A stretch of DNA of 64,000 nucleotides from an uncultured virus (IMG/VR IMGVR_UViG_3300031994_000100) (lineage: Duplodnaviria > Heunggongvirae > Uroviricota > Caudoviricetes): the IMG/VR virus record IMGVR_UViG_3300031994_000100; one strand, given 5' to 3'. The notes beneath the pieces are model-generated. The model saw only the letters and a program-made list of their open reading frames with translations. It had not been told where the DNA came from and made no database searches. Below, one piece after another: positions 10,101 to 19,389 of this stretch. How positions within the stretch are numbered: position 1 is the first letter of the stretch; the number at the start of each line of letters is the position of its first letter. The translations under genes were made by a program, and so were the position numbers.

Positions 10101-11293
10101 TTGAACATCGGCATGACGCTTCCCTGCGCCCCGGTTTCATCGCAGTACTCCTTATACATGGCATAGGCCTGCTTCAGACTGATGCCGTCCTGCTCCTTGA
10201 AGACGAAATAGTTCTCCTCAACGAAGTTGAAAAACACATCGGTCTTCAACATCATCTTCAGGCTGCGGTAGGAATCGTAATAATGCTTTCCGAGTTTCGT
10301 ATACACGTCCAGACAATGCTTGGCGATCGCGCCGAGCTGGAGTCCAACCCTGTCCATCAGAAGATCGTAGGTCTCGCCATCGAAGGTATTGCCCGTCGGT
10401 TCCACATCGATCAGCCTTCGAATAATTCCGCTCTTCGCATCAGTGATCTTTACAGGATGGTTTGTACCGAGAAAGAGCATGCAGTTAACCCTGGCTGTGT
10501 ATGGAGACTGAAACTTAGCGTTGATGGTCATGCTTTCGTGAGCGACCAGACCGTTCAGCTGTGTATTGTCCTCAATCTTGTCCAGACGTGCATCCCCGTC
10601 AATTGCAACCAGCGGATTCTTTGCGAATACTTCGGCTGCGAACTGGTTGTTATTGCTTGTCAGTGACTTGGCATTGAACGTCGTTGTGTAGCCTTCAAAC
10701 AGCTTCTCGATAATGCTGATGATCGTTCCTTTACCCTTGCCGCCTTCACCGTACAGGACAATGAATTTCTGAATCTTTCTCGCGTCTCCGGAAACAACAC
10801 TGCCGATAGCCCATTCGATTTTCTCCCGTTCCTTCGGCGCGTAGAGTTTCTCCATCAGCGTGTCCCATACGCTGTAGTCACCGTCTTTGAGCTCGTACGG
10901 AAGCCGCCTTGAAATATAATCCGTCTTCTTGCCGGGCTCGGTGTTGGCAAAGGCGAGTTTACTGTCAAGCATAACGTAATTGTCAGGCATGCTTTTTACG
11001 TAATTCAGAAACTTAATCCACGCATTGCTTGAAAAGTTAACCAATGTCTTGGCATGCACTACATAATCGGGGTGTTCTTTCAGTATTCGCTCTTTTTCCT
11101 TGTTCACCGCGGTATCAACCATGCGAATCAGATCGAATTCATTCTGCGACCACATTCCCTTTTCGGAATCCCAGACGGCGTAGAATTTCTTTCCACGAAT
11201 CATCAGATCGGAGGTTTTCCTTGTGGCAAACTCAGGAGTAACCTCCCATTCGTTCTTTTTCACATTGTTCGACGAAACCCAGAAAAAATCCAC
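7148..11293 (-). CDS. fused SF3 helicase / primase / family B-like DNA polymerase
   Basis: Walker A GEGGKGKGT; primase-like SVDFD and SKGGSGIHL; exonuclease FFDVEVFPN; polymerase LDIASMHPS, KIAINSVYG and HIKTDSI. Confidence 0.9.
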   Translation of the reverse strand: MDFFWVSSNNVKKNEWEVTPEFATRKTSDLMIRGKKFYAVWDSEKGMWSQNEFDLIRMVDTAVNKEKERILKEHPDYVVHAKTLVNFSSNAWIKFLNYVKSMPDNYVMLDSKLAFANTEPGKKTDYISRRLPYELKDGDYSVWDTLMEKLYAPKEREKIEWAIGSVVSGDARKIQKFIVLYGEGGKGKGTIISIIEKLFEGYTTTFNAKSLTSNNNQFAAEVFAKNPLVAIDGDARLDKIEDNTQLNGLVAHESMTINAKFQSPYTARVNCMLFLGTNHPVKITDAKSGIIRRLIDVEPTGNTFDGETYDLLMDRVGLQLGAIAKHCLDVYTKLGKHYYDSYRSLKMMLKTDVFFNFVEENYFVFKEQDGISLKQAYAMYKEYCDETGAQGSVMPMFKFREELKNYFKNFEPITRVDGKQVRSWFSGFKHEKIDDGGEPEKAKADQEKAKACWLTLDQTESLFDELLKDCPAQYARDDTEGPYVSWVNAKKTLKDLDTKRTHYVNIPESMGIISVDFDLTDETGKKSAEKNIEAASKWTPTYAEYSKGGSGIHLEYYYDGDQSKLKSVYSPGIEIKATTGGNSLRRRLSLCNNLPLAHISSGLPLKEEKVVDFETIKDDKMLLNMIKKNLRKEILPSTRQSIDLIAKDLEEFYKSGRHFDVREMKKKVMLFAANSSHQADYCLKKVNKMIFHSDDVEDPKEEDDGVVADEDKIAFFDVEVFPNLFLINWKFAGEPKCHRMINPKPQDLEEFIHLKLVGFNCRRYDNHIVYARYLGKSNLELYELSQRIVGGSPDAFFGKAYDLSYTDVYDFCSKKQSLKKWEIELGIHHQELGLPWDEPVDESLWMKVAEYCDNDVFATEAVFNKRQEDWRARKILARLAGLNPNATTNQLTQKIIFGWEKKPQATFNYRFMGEMNGTETYSLPMDEDPEYTVFKDGKPYFPGYTFDHGKSIYRGEEVGEGGYVYAEPGMYWNVALLDIASMHPSSIVAEELFGPEYTARFKDILDARILIKHREWEKARQILDGKLAPFLEGFEKLSEEKQKEEADNLSTALKIAINSVYGLTSAKFDNPFRDKRNKDNIVAKRGALFMVNLKHLVQKKGFTVAHIKTDSIKIPNATPEIIQFVMDYGKLYGYNFELESVYDRMCLVNNAVYVAHVQSGKHAGEWNTTGAQFAEPYVKKTLFTREPIEFKDLCQTKTVTTNMYLDMNEELPDVSMSERDLDRMLKRTGELLKAIGYDGSYDQWIAEPQKDLSGKYSISEEDALKCIAELEDLKEDYRILQEEIAKGHHYVFVGKAGAFCPILPGRGGGWLMRKNGNKYDAVVGTKDQRWLESETVGNLKMEDAIDRRYFDRLVDDAIRDISQYGDIEVFRNLDVEEEKVE

Positions 11294-11309
11294 AAGCTGT
11301 CCGCCTCCT

Positions 11310-11580
11310 TTTTAGGGGTGTTGCATTTTTCATTTTTTTACCCCACTTTTATTAATATATAAATATTTAATTTTTTTTCCTGTAGTTAATATAGTAAAAA
11401 AGTGTAAAAGTGTCACAGAAAACCCTGGAACCGTTGATTTATAAGGGCTAGAGGCTGTTACATTTTTTGTGCAAAAATTTTTTTTGTGACACTTTTTTGT
11501 CACATTTTGTGAGTGTCGTTACATTCAACGCAACGGATCGCTTTTTTAGGGGTAGAAAAGTGTCACAAATGTGACGTTTT
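11310..11580. other. putative replication origin
   Basis: Very AT-rich non-coding tract with repeated TGTCAC/GTGACA/TGTTAC words in both orientations, directly upstream of the replicase. Confidence 0.55.
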
Positions 11581-11910
11581 TTATTTAGCTTTTTTTCGAT
11601 ATTGTATGCCTTTTATGCCGGCTTTTTCGGGTATAAACCACTCATTTCCAACCTTAAAAGCCCGCGGAATTTTGCCCCTTAAAAGGATCGATCGGATTCC
11701 CTGCCTGGAATATCCATGCTGATCGGCGAACTCTCCTGCTGTCAGTACGACCTCATCCTCCGCCAATCCGGCTAATCCATACTCCAGCGCTTTCCTCAAC
11801 TCGCCAGCCTGAATCATCTCAAAGTCCTCCTTTTGAAAATATAACTCGTCCGTACGAGCTGTATGAGCCACACCAGCTGCACTATTCCAACCATCCTCAC
11901 AATATGTCAC
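11581..11910 (-). CDS. HTH DNA-binding protein (excisionase/MerR-like)
   Basis: LTAGEFADQHGYSRQGIRSILLRGKIPRAFKVGNEWFIP. Confidence 0.7.
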   Translation of the reverse strand: MTYCEDGWNSAAGVAHTARTDELYFQKEDFEMIQAGELRKALEYGLAGLAEDEVVLTAGEFADQHGYSRQGIRSILLRGKIPRAFKVGNEWFIPEKAGIKGIQYRKKAK

Positions 11911-12491
11911 ACATGATACCTCTCCATGAGGTACTCATTCATCTGCATCCACAGCTCCGTTTCTCGCATGTCGTAACTCCGCTCCTCTCCGTCATTACGC
12001 CCCGCGTACCTCGATCCGTGACCGAACCCGAAGCACGGAAAGAACCCGCCTTCTCCGTCGGCTCCATACTCCCTGTTCACAATCCTCCTCCCGATCTGAA
12101 TTACTCTCCATCTCGGGGTCTTTTCGTCAATACCTGCATTCGCCAGCAGCTCATAGAACCATCTTTCCGTGCTGGAGTCATAGACCAGGTTTTCCCTCGC
12201 GTATGCCAGAAACATGCACAGATTAATCAGGATCTCCAGCAGCGTCACCGGCTGTGTTGTCATCTTTTCTGCCCTGGAAACATCCCCGTTCGTAAACATT
12301 TCCCGCAGATCCATAGCGTCCATGATCCGGTTTTCATCCATCGGCACCAGCACTTTAAACGGAACCTCATCCAACGACTCGAACAAAGAAAGGGCTGTAG
12401 AGTCCGATCCAGCCCCCAGCTGGCCGTTCGAGCCATCTGAAGGAAGGATCAGACTCATAAGGTATTGGCGATATTCCTGTCGAATATCCAC
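11907..12491 (-). CDS. hypothetical phage protein
   Basis: 194-aa coupled ORF; MDENRIMDAMDLR and ELWMQMNEYL. Confidence 0.7.
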   Translation of the reverse strand: MDIRQEYRQYLMSLILPSDGSNGQLGAGSDSTALSLFESLDEVPFKVLVPMDENRIMDAMDLREMFTNGDVSRAEKMTTQPVTLLEILINLCMFLAYARENLVYDSSTERWFYELLANAGIDEKTPRWRVIQIGRRIVNREYGADGEGGFFPCFGFGHGSRYAGRNDGEERSYDMRETELWMQMNEYLMERYHV

Positions 12492-12498
12492 GCATTAA

Positions 12499-13086
12499 TC
12501 ACCCCTGATTGTCATCCGATGCCCCCTCCTCAATGGTGATGACATAGTCAATATTGTTAAATTCGTCCCGTACGAACATTTCATCCGCGCCGAATTCCCC
12601 TCTGAGCGCGTCATAGTTCTCAATGCCGATCTTCTTCCACGGCTCCAGCACGAGCTCATTGTTCTCATCCAGGATCTGCTGGTCATCCTGATAATAGGTC
12701 AGTCTCCCGTGCGCAAATCCCTCGTCCTCCTCGCTGTGGAACCAGGTTTCCCCGTCGATCTGATAGGGGGCGTTGGCCTTGCTGATCACTTTGACTGTCC
12801 GCGCGGGCGGCTCATCCGGATCGTCTTCCTCATCGTCCTCTTCATCTTCCGCATCGATCTCCGGAACCTCAATCTCATCCATATTCACGTTCGGATCCTT
12901 GCTCGGGTCGTAATAGATTCGATGTCCGTCCTCAACCTTCTTCTTGAAACAGCTCAGCGGATCGATCCCGCGTCCCTCCAGCCAGCGCCAGCCGAGCCAG
13001 GTGAGCCCTCCGCCCACCATGGCTCCGGCACCGTACGCCGCTGCTTTACCGAAATTAAACTTAGGCATTTTGATTTTCATAAGCAT
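12499..13086 (-). CDS. acidic membrane-anchored phage protein
   Basis: N-terminal hydrophobic segment and acidic tract; GGAGG RBS. Confidence 0.7.
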   Translation of the reverse strand: MLMKIKMPKFNFGKAAAYGAGAMVGGGLTWLGWRWLEGRGIDPLSCFKKKVEDGHRIYYDPSKDPNVNMDEIEVPEIDAEDEEDDEEDDPDEPPARTVKVISKANAPYQIDGETWFHSEEDEGFAHGRLTYYQDDQQILDENNELVLEPWKKIGIENYDALRGEFGADEMFVRDEFNNIDYVITIEEGASDDNQG

Positions 13087-13099
13087 CCCTCCTTTGAAA

Positions 13100-14083
13100 T
13101 TATCGGGCGTTGCGAGGCCGCTTCAGCATCGCTTTGATGTTCCCGTCGATATTGAATTCCACCGGGATGCCCTGACCTTCCTTGACGTACTCGTACACCC
13201 ACGATTTGGGCTCTCCGGTCAGCGGGTCGAACAGGTTGAAATCCACTTCGCCGTCCCCGTCTCCGTCAATCACCCAGCCGTTATCCAGTCCTTCCGGAAT
13301 TGCCCGTGCGCCAATAATCTCCCGGGCCTCATTCACTGTCAGATGCCCGTAGATCCGCAGCTTATCGTTGCAGGTATTCTGGCAGCTCTTCAGGTGCGCC
13401 AGATCAGCCAGCAGGTTCGCCTTGTAGAATTCCGGGCAGGTTCCCTGGCTGTAAAGCAGAAATCTCGGATCATCCTCCGGGAATTCCGCAAATCCGCTCG
13501 GTCCCTTCGCCGGTTCCCTGGTAATCTCGCCCGTCTCGGCGTTAATCGTCTCCACCGTTTCAGGCGCAGGCAGGCCATAGCGGTACCGCTTGTCCGCCTC
13601 TTCGCCCAGTTCGGCGATCACGTTCTTACGATACTTGTTCCATCCTTCCAGCGCGCTGCCCAGCGTCGCAATGGCCACCGCATTCCGCTTCCTCAAAATT
13701 CCGTGTCCACCCAGCACGCAGGCTGCTCCGCCGATCAGCAGCGCCGCCGGAATGGCGTAGGTCTTCGCCAGTGCCTTTACGTTGTTCACATGGGCAATTG
13801 CCAGATCCTTCTGGAAATCGTTCTTGGAATAGCTGATCATCGCGGCCGTGCCATTCTCCATACGAACGATCTGGCCATTGTTGGCTTCCGCCTCTTCCTT
13901 GGTCGCTTTAATCACCGCCAGCTGCTGCTTCGTGTCCTCTATGATCAGCACAGCTTTCGGCGTCTGTTTGCAGGCCAGCACCGTGCCGCCGATCATCGTC
14001 ACCAGTCCACCGTAGGTCAGAATCTCCGGCGCGTACCGCTCCAGTACAAACAGTCCTCTCTTCGCAATCACCTTGATGCTCAT
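13100..14083 (-). CDS. DUF6353-like protein (paralog 1)
   Basis: APEILTYGG..TVLACKQTPKA N-terminus; GHLTVNE..GW C-terminal motif. Confidence 0.7.
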   Translation of the reverse strand: MSIKVIAKRGLFVLERYAPEILTYGGLVTMIGGTVLACKQTPKAVLIIEDTKQQLAVIKATKEEAEANNGQIVRMENGTAAMISYSKNDFQKDLAIAHVNNVKALAKTYAIPAALLIGGAACVLGGHGILRKRNAVAIATLGSALEGWNKYRKNVIAELGEEADKRYRYGLPAPETVETINAETGEITREPAKGPSGFAEFPEDDPRFLLYSQGTCPEFYKANLLADLAHLKSCQNTCNDKLRIYGHLTVNEAREIIGARAIPEGLDNGWVIDGDGDGEVDFNLFDPLTGEPKSWVYEYVKEGQGIPVEFNIDGNIKAMLKRPRNAR

Positions 14084-14165
14084 TGGTTACCAATCCCCTT
14101 CCTTTTGGTCATTCAGCATTGAATAAAAAGAAAAAGGCTGTCGACTGTTTCAGCCAATAGCCCTT

Positions 14166-14190
14166 CACTAAGAAAACATTAATTTTCGCG
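14166..14190 (-). promoter_or_regulatory. 25-bp promoter-like motif followed directly by a terminator hairpin
   Basis: CGCGAAAATTAATGTTTTCTTAGTG, then AAGGGCT..AGCCTTT plus T-run. Confidence 0.55.
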
Positions 14191-14193
14191 ATC

Positions 14194-14652
14194 TTACTGC
14201 CGGGCGTCAACATCGGCAGTATTCAGGCTGGCCGAAACGGCATCCATCTGGCCCTCAAGCTGGTTCAGCAGCTCCCTCTGTTCCTTGTAGGAGCTGGCAA
14301 TCGCGTGCACTTCGTCCATCACATTGTGCACCTCTTCCAGGTTGCCTGAGATTTCCTCCAGGTTTTCAATCCGCATGTCCAGCCCGTCAACGAATTCGGT
14401 GATCGCAACTCTAAAATTCAAGACTTCATCTTTGTACCCACGTTCCAGTTCGGCCTTGTTATCCTGCATTTTAAGAATGAGGTCAGTATTCTGCTTCTCC
14501 AGGTCGTGCACATGGTAAAAGCAGTCTCCGACCCGGCTACTGACATTGCTGACCTGTTCCATTATTCTGTTCAGAGCGAACAGCGCATAGACCAGCCCGA
14601 TAACAAGCGCCGCTATAACCACAATTAGGAAAACAATCAATGATTGGCTCAT
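14194..14652 (-). CDS. membrane-anchored coiled-coil protein
   Basis: N-terminal TM helix and heptad-rich remainder. Confidence 0.65.
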   Translation of the reverse strand: MSQSLIVFLIVVIAALVIGLVYALFALNRIMEQVSNVSSRVGDCFYHVHDLEKQNTDLILKMQDNKAELERGYKDEVLNFRVAITEFVDGLDMRIENLEEISGNLEEVHNVMDEVHAIASSYKEQRELLNQLEGQMDAVSASLNTADVDARQ

Positions 14653-14907
14653 TTATTCATCCTCCGCGTAATTCAGCCATGTGTGAACGTGCTCCTCCAG
14701 GTCATGGAACTCCCGGCCGAGCTCTTGGAACTGTGCATCCATCCAGCGGCAACGACTCTCCAGCACTTCCATCCGGATAAGAAAGTCTTTGTGCTCCTTC
14801 CGGCTATTGCGAATCGCCGTCCAGATCATCCGAATCAGAAAGCCCAGCACTACCAGCCCGGCGACGATCGCAGCCAGAATCCAAGCATTCATCTGAATAT
14901 TGATCAT
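14653..14907 (-). CDS. small membrane protein
   Basis: TM helix; GGAG RBS. Confidence 0.6.
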   Translation of the reverse strand: MINIQMNAWILAAIVAGLVVLGFLIRMIWTAIRNSRKEHKDFLIRMEVLESRCRWMDAQFQELGREFHDLEEHVHTWLNYAEDE

Positions 14908-14914
14908 TTTATTT

Positions 14915-15121
14915 TTACTCCTTTATTAAATCGAACATACTGAGTTGCTCATAGCTAACATGCTGACGCTTTTTCTTTTTCAGCGGCAGCTTACCACGCT
15001 CGAGCATTGTGCGATAGACGGCGACGACCTGACGATCCGGCATCAGGTGCATCGCTCTGTCTCTCCATCTGGGGGAGTCGTAAGCCTGTGCAATATGCTC
15101 TCTCATGCAGTTAATCGTCAT
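14915..15121 (-). CDS. hypothetical protein
   Basis: AAGGAGG RBS; 68 aa. Confidence 0.6.
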   Translation of the reverse strand: MTINCMREHIAQAYDSPRWRDRAMHLMPDRQVVAVYRTMLERGKLPLKKKKRQHVSYEQLSMFDLIKE

Positions 15122-15210
15122 GGCCGTCGCCTCCTTATGTGTCGGTCACTCGTTAAAGTATTTATAATACAGGTAAATACCGATGATCATTCCGACAACA
15201 ACGCTCGCGC

Positions 15211-15525
15211 TCACGTGGCATCAACTCCCTTGGGAATCAGCAGACAGCGCATGCCCGTCCACTTATTGTCAACGGGATTTCTCGAGATTTCAAAGAGGAC
15301 GTGGCTTTGCCCTCCGCCCTTGCCGTAGTCGATCAGAATAGACTTCCTGGCATTGTCCCAGTTGAAGGTCTTGTAGCCCCAACAGGCCTTGGATACGTCG
15401 GGGTAGATTCCGACAAAGATATCGTTCAGCTCAGCGTCCGTATCAGCGGAAAAGACGTACGTACCCGCCTGAACGGCCTTAATGAAGTCCTCATAAGTCA
15501 TCATTCGATCGTCCATAAATATCAC
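15211..15525 (-). CDS. hypothetical protein
   Basis: Coupled ORF. Confidence 0.55.
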   Translation of the reverse strand: MIFMDDRMMTYEDFIKAVQAGTYVFSADTDAELNDIFVGIYPDVSKACWGYKTFNWDNARKSILIDYGKGGGQSHVLFEISRNPVDNKWTGMRCLLIPKGVDAT

Positions 15526-15875
15526 TCCACCTTTCCTTCGCCTTCGTAGATCTGATGCCGCATCTTGATCTCCGCCATGTGCTCCTCATGCTGACGCGCC
15601 TCGCGCCGGTCCAGATAGTCGTAATATCCCATCGGCCGGTCGCTCTTGGCTTCTCCGCTTTCCACGTGCATCACGGGCTTGTCGCCGTAGGTAATGTGGA
15701 TGTTCTTCACAGCCTTTTTAGCCTTATCAATCATCCAGTTGCCAACGGCCTCTTCCACCTTCGGTTCGCTCAGCAGATATCCGGCCAAAACGCCGATCAG
15801 GCCAAACTCCGCCGTCACAATCTCCCGGTCATGCCTGTCGATGAATCCGGTTACCTTATCCAAAATCTTTCCCAT
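15522..15875 (-). CDS. hypothetical protein
   Basis: AGGAGG RBS; coupled ORF. Confidence 0.6.
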   Translation of the reverse strand: MGKILDKVTGFIDRHDREIVTAEFGLIGVLAGYLLSEPKVEEAVGNWMIDKAKKAVKNIHITYGDKPVMHVESGEAKSDRPMGYYDYLDRREARQHEEHMAEIKMRHQIYEGEGKVE

Positions 15876-16125
15876 TTTTTCTTTCCTCCTTGAATATTCT
15901 TGTCTTTCTTCCGTCTATATAGCCCTCGGCGGTTACGCCGTTAAGCCCTTCTTTTGTGCGAAACAGCCGGTTCAGACATGCCTCGCAGTAAACATTATAG
16001 TGATCAATATCATCCGCCTTAACTGCGATATGCAGTGTTTTACATCCGCACACAGGGCAGGGGAGTGCTCGTGGATCGCGTTTCGCTCTCCTCCATGCCT
16101 CGCGCTTCTGTTGACGATTGAGCAT
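15856..16125 (-). CDS. zinc-ribbon protein
   Basis: CPVCG..CEAC; start ATG 16125 after AGGAGG. Confidence 0.6.
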   Translation of the reverse strand: MLNRQQKREAWRRAKRDPRALPCPVCGCKTLHIAVKADDIDHYNVYCEACLNRLFRTKEGLNGVTAEGYIDGRKTRIFKEERKNGKDFG

Positions 16126-16199
16126 TCTTTCCTCCTTTGGGCACAACGTATTTCTCATAGAACCACCGTGCCACGGCCTCTCCGGGAATATAATGAATC

Positions 16200-16892
16200 T
16201 CACCGCCTGATGTCACTGTCCAGCACCTCCAGTTTCGGCATACGTACGTGGTATCCGCCATCGTAATACTGGGCGAACATGGTGTTCTCCGGGATCGCTG
16301 TCCATCCAAACGCCTCGTCGTTGAAATCGTATTTCTCGCCGAACGCTTCGTAATAGTTGGCCAGCGTCACCTTTCCGTTATTGCGCAGCGCCCTGTAAAG
16401 CTTGCTCATTACGGCGTAAACGCCCTCCTGAGTCGGTTTGGAGCAGCGCAGGTACTCCTGGTTAGACCGGGCTTCCTGGGTCATTACGCGCTGTCCTGAG
16501 GGCAATGCTGGGGATCCTACGGGCAGTACACTGGTAATCCCCGTGGAGATCTCCCGGTAGGGGGTCTGCCCGCCGCCGTAAAGGCGGTTGGTATTCTGTC
16601 CCCAGATCATCGTCCCGGCAACGTTGGTAAACGTGCCCCATATGTTCCACAGAAAGCCGCGTATTGCCGGGTCAACCACCGTGGCCACAGCGCTTTTAAA
16701 CGCATCCTTCAGCGTTGATTTGAAAAAGCCGTCTTTTTCCGTTTCCACCGTTTGAGGATGTGCAGGCGGTGGCGTCGGCTGTGCCTGCTTGCCAATGCGG
16801 AATTCCCGCTGGCTCCGGTGGCTGTTGGTATAGTCCTTCGGTGGGTGGTTGTAAACCGTGACCTGCTCCGGCGGCTTATTCGGCGTATTCAT
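16200..16892 (-). CDS. hypothetical phage protein
   Basis: 230 aa; C-terminal GKVTLANYYEAFG..FGWT resembles the DUF6353-like C-terminal motif. Confidence 0.65.
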   Translation of the reverse strand: MNTPNKPPEQVTVYNHPPKDYTNSHRSQREFRIGKQAQPTPPPAHPQTVETEKDGFFKSTLKDAFKSAVATVVDPAIRGFLWNIWGTFTNVAGTMIWGQNTNRLYGGGQTPYREISTGITSVLPVGSPALPSGQRVMTQEARSNQEYLRCSKPTQEGVYAVMSKLYRALRNNGKVTLANYYEAFGEKYDFNDEAFGWTAIPENTMFAQYYDGGYHVRMPKLEVLDSDIRR

Positions 16893-17137
16893 GCTTCATC
16901 ATCGCCCTTTCCGATTCGATATTTGTCCCATTTTCCTTTAAAACGATCCAGCTCGTCGTCAAAATAATCAGCCGCCCTGTCGCCAATCCACCAGCCAATC
17001 ACCAGACTGCTGACACCGGCGGCCAGTTTCATCAGCGACGACTGGTTTTTTACCACATTGGCGGTAAAGCTGGTTGTAATGACCTCCGTTCCGATCGGAA
17101 TAACAAACCCGCCGATCGCTTTCAGCAACTCAAACAT
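16889..17137 (-). CDS. small membrane protein
   Basis: Hydrophobic segments; coupled ORF. Confidence 0.55.
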   Translation of the reverse strand: MFELLKAIGGFVIPIGTEVITTSFTANVVKNQSSLMKLAAGVSSLVIGWWIGDRAADYFDDELDRFKGKWDKYRIGKGDDEA

Positions 17138-17408
17138 GCTTCTTATCCCTCCTGAACGACTGCGGACGATTCCCGTAGTAGTAATTGTTAACCGTCATGG
17201 TCCGAACGTCCGGATAATCCGTACGCCTGCCACGTCCGTACCCGCTGGACATCTTAAACGCGCCAAAAGCCATCAGGACAAACGTGCCAATCTTGGCTAC
17301 GTCGCCCCATACGTCCATTTTTTCACTGGTCGCCTTGGCGGCAATGTCCTTCACGATGTCCACGGCGTCGGTTACCGTCTCCTGAACCTTTCGTTTGAAT
17401 AAAGCCAC
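17130..17408 (-). CDS. hypothetical protein
   Basis: AGGAGG RBS with GTG start. Confidence 0.55.
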   Translation of the reverse strand: MALFKRKVQETVTDAVDIVKDIAAKATSEKMDVWGDVAKIGTFVLMAFGAFKMSSGYGRGRRTDYPDVRTMTVNNYYYGNRPQSFRRDKKHV

Positions 17409-17486
17409 GGTATTGTCCCTCCTTTGATTCCCTGTTTTGAGTAAAAATGGGAGGCCTGCTCATTGCAAGTCTCCCTTTGCCGGAAG

Positions 17487-17708
17487 TTAATACTCATCCC
17501 GCAGATAGTAACCTCGTCCGTAGTCCAGGACGACGTCACTTTCGTCATACTCTTCTTCCCACTGTCGCCGTCGTTCGTTTGCCATCCTGTTTTTGCGTAT
17601 AATCCTGCTTCCACAGTACGCAGTCCCGATGCCGCTCAGTCCGAAGAGAGCCCAGTCGCCGAAAGTCGCGCCGCCAAAGTTTTGCCGGTTTCGATTCCTT
17701 CTACTCAT
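17487..17708 (-). CDS. hypothetical cassette gene
   Basis: Lies between motif copy 17723-17747 and a terminator at about 17443-17478. Confidence 0.55.
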   Translation of the reverse strand: MSRRNRNRQNFGGATFGDWALFGLSGIGTAYCGSRIIRKNRMANERRRQWEEEYDESDVVLDYGRGYYLRDEY

Positions 17709-17749
17709 TGGTACTTCACCTCCAATGAGAAAGGTGTTTTTTACGCGAA

Positions 17750-18574
17750 TCAGTGCGTGGTGCCCAGGCGGAATTCGCTCATCGGCGGGTTGTCAAAGGT
17801 GAGAATCTTATACCCGTGCCGGTCGCTGTCCCAGTTCAGGCTGACAACCATCTTGTACGTGCTGGAATATCCCTGGGTATTGCCATTCTGGGCGTTCGGC
17901 AGGTTCAGCAGGTCCCAGAATCCGTTCACCGGAAAGAACGTATCCACGCCGTAGCTAGTGTCCATATTGAATGTCGCTACGGCTTCCATGATCGCGCTCT
18001 CGCTGCAGCGGAAATATCTTGCGTTCCAGCTGTCCCAGATCAGCTCGTCGCCGAATCCCGTGTCAAACACGCCCAGGTCGCCGGATCGCAGGAGCCCCGC
18101 GTGATCCTTGTCGATGCCGTCATGGTAATCCCGATGGTTTGACATCAGACGGTCTGCGTCTTCCCGGCCGAGCTCCCGGCGAACCTCGCGCTCCTCATCC
18201 GTTCCGATCTTTTCCGCAACCTTTCGCCGATACCGGTCGAACATGTTTTCGCCGGCAGTAACCAGACTGATCAGCTCGGCCTGCCGCGTAAGTCCGATAT
18301 GCGTGCCGCACAGGGTGCTCGCGCAGCTGATCACCGTCAGAATCCCTGCGGGAATATAACATTTCCATGCTGTTTTTACCTTTTCTTTCGGTGTCAGCTC
18401 CTCGTGGCGCCGGAAAGTTTCCTCTTCAATCAGCGCAATAGCTTTCGGCGTAGCCTTGGCTGAAAGTATGGTAGCGCCTACGGTGCTTGCAATGCTTACC
18501 CCGGCCAGAATCGTCGGTGCATTGCGGCGGATAACCCTCCACGCGCTGCGGAATGTAGTTTGAATAGAGCTCAT
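17750..18574 (-). CDS. DUF6353-like protein (paralog 2)
   Basis: NAPTILAG..AKATPKA and WKCYIPA; similar to 13100..14083. Confidence 0.7.
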   Translation of the reverse strand: MSSIQTTFRSAWRVIRRNAPTILAGVSIASTVGATILSAKATPKAIALIEEETFRRHEELTPKEKVKTAWKCYIPAGILTVISCASTLCGTHIGLTRQAELISLVTAGENMFDRYRRKVAEKIGTDEEREVRRELGREDADRLMSNHRDYHDGIDKDHAGLLRSGDLGVFDTGFGDELIWDSWNARYFRCSESAIMEAVATFNMDTSYGVDTFFPVNGFWDLLNLPNAQNGNTQGYSSTYKMVVSLNWDSDRHGYKILTFDNPPMSEFRLGTTH

Positions 18575-18759
18575 CGTGGTCTTCCTTTCTCATCCATTTC
18601 GGATGAATGTTGTTCTGGCGGATCAGATCGAAGATCTGCCATTTGTTCCATGAGACTTCTTTTAGTCCGTCGTGTGTCATCCAGCATACGGTTGGTATTT
18701 CCAGCTTGTAAAGGCGTACGAAGGTGCCGATGTGCAGAACATCCTCACCTTCGCCGTAG

Positions 18760-19389
18760 TCAGTTCCCGTCTCCAGGCACTCCCGCAGGGTTTGGTTGAT
18801 CGCCATCATGCGTTTTGCCCTCCTTTATTGCCGACAGATCCCGTTCCACCTGATCGAGGAGCTCGGTTGCCCTGTCGGTAATGTCGTCGCCATCAAAGTC
18901 GTCGCCGAACAACGCGTTCCAGCCATCTTCCGCTATCGGCCAAAAATCAAGCACGGTGGCGTACTCGCTGGCCTCCTTTACAGCGATCTCGTAACCGCGC
19001 CTTGTACCGACAAATAGGAGCCAGTAACCGTCTTTCCTCCCTTCTTCGTTTACGAGATCTGCAACATTCGCGAGTCTCGCCTGTCCGTCGAAAGAAGTTC
19101 GTCCTTCATAGGTGCTAAGCCAGCCGAGAATTTTATCCCGCACCGAGGCATCCCGCTCGCATCCGATGGCAAATTCCATCAGGCCAGCATCTGTATCCGC
19201 ATTGAATTTCCGCAGCGCGATTGCCGCAACAACCGTCCGTACCAGCATAATCGTCGTGCATACCACGGCTACCCACATGGCAATGATCACCGGCTGAGTA
19301 GCGTTCGCCGCCTGCATGCTCATCAGGCATCCGATTGCCGCGAGTAAACAGGCAACACTGGTGAGAATGTTAACGGTACGTGATCTCAT
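18760..19389 (-). CDS. membrane protein
   Basis: Two N-terminal TM helices. Confidence 0.6.
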   Translation of the reverse strand: MRSRTVNILTSVACLLAAIGCLMSMQAANATQPVIIAMWVAVVCTTIMLVRTVVAAIALRKFNADTDAGLMEFAIGCERDASVRDKILGWLSTYEGRTSFDGQARLANVADLVNEEGRKDGYWLLFVGTRRGYEIAVKEASEYATVLDFWPIAEDGWNALFGDDFDGDDITDRATELLDQVERDLSAIKEGKTHDGDQPNPAGVPGDGN

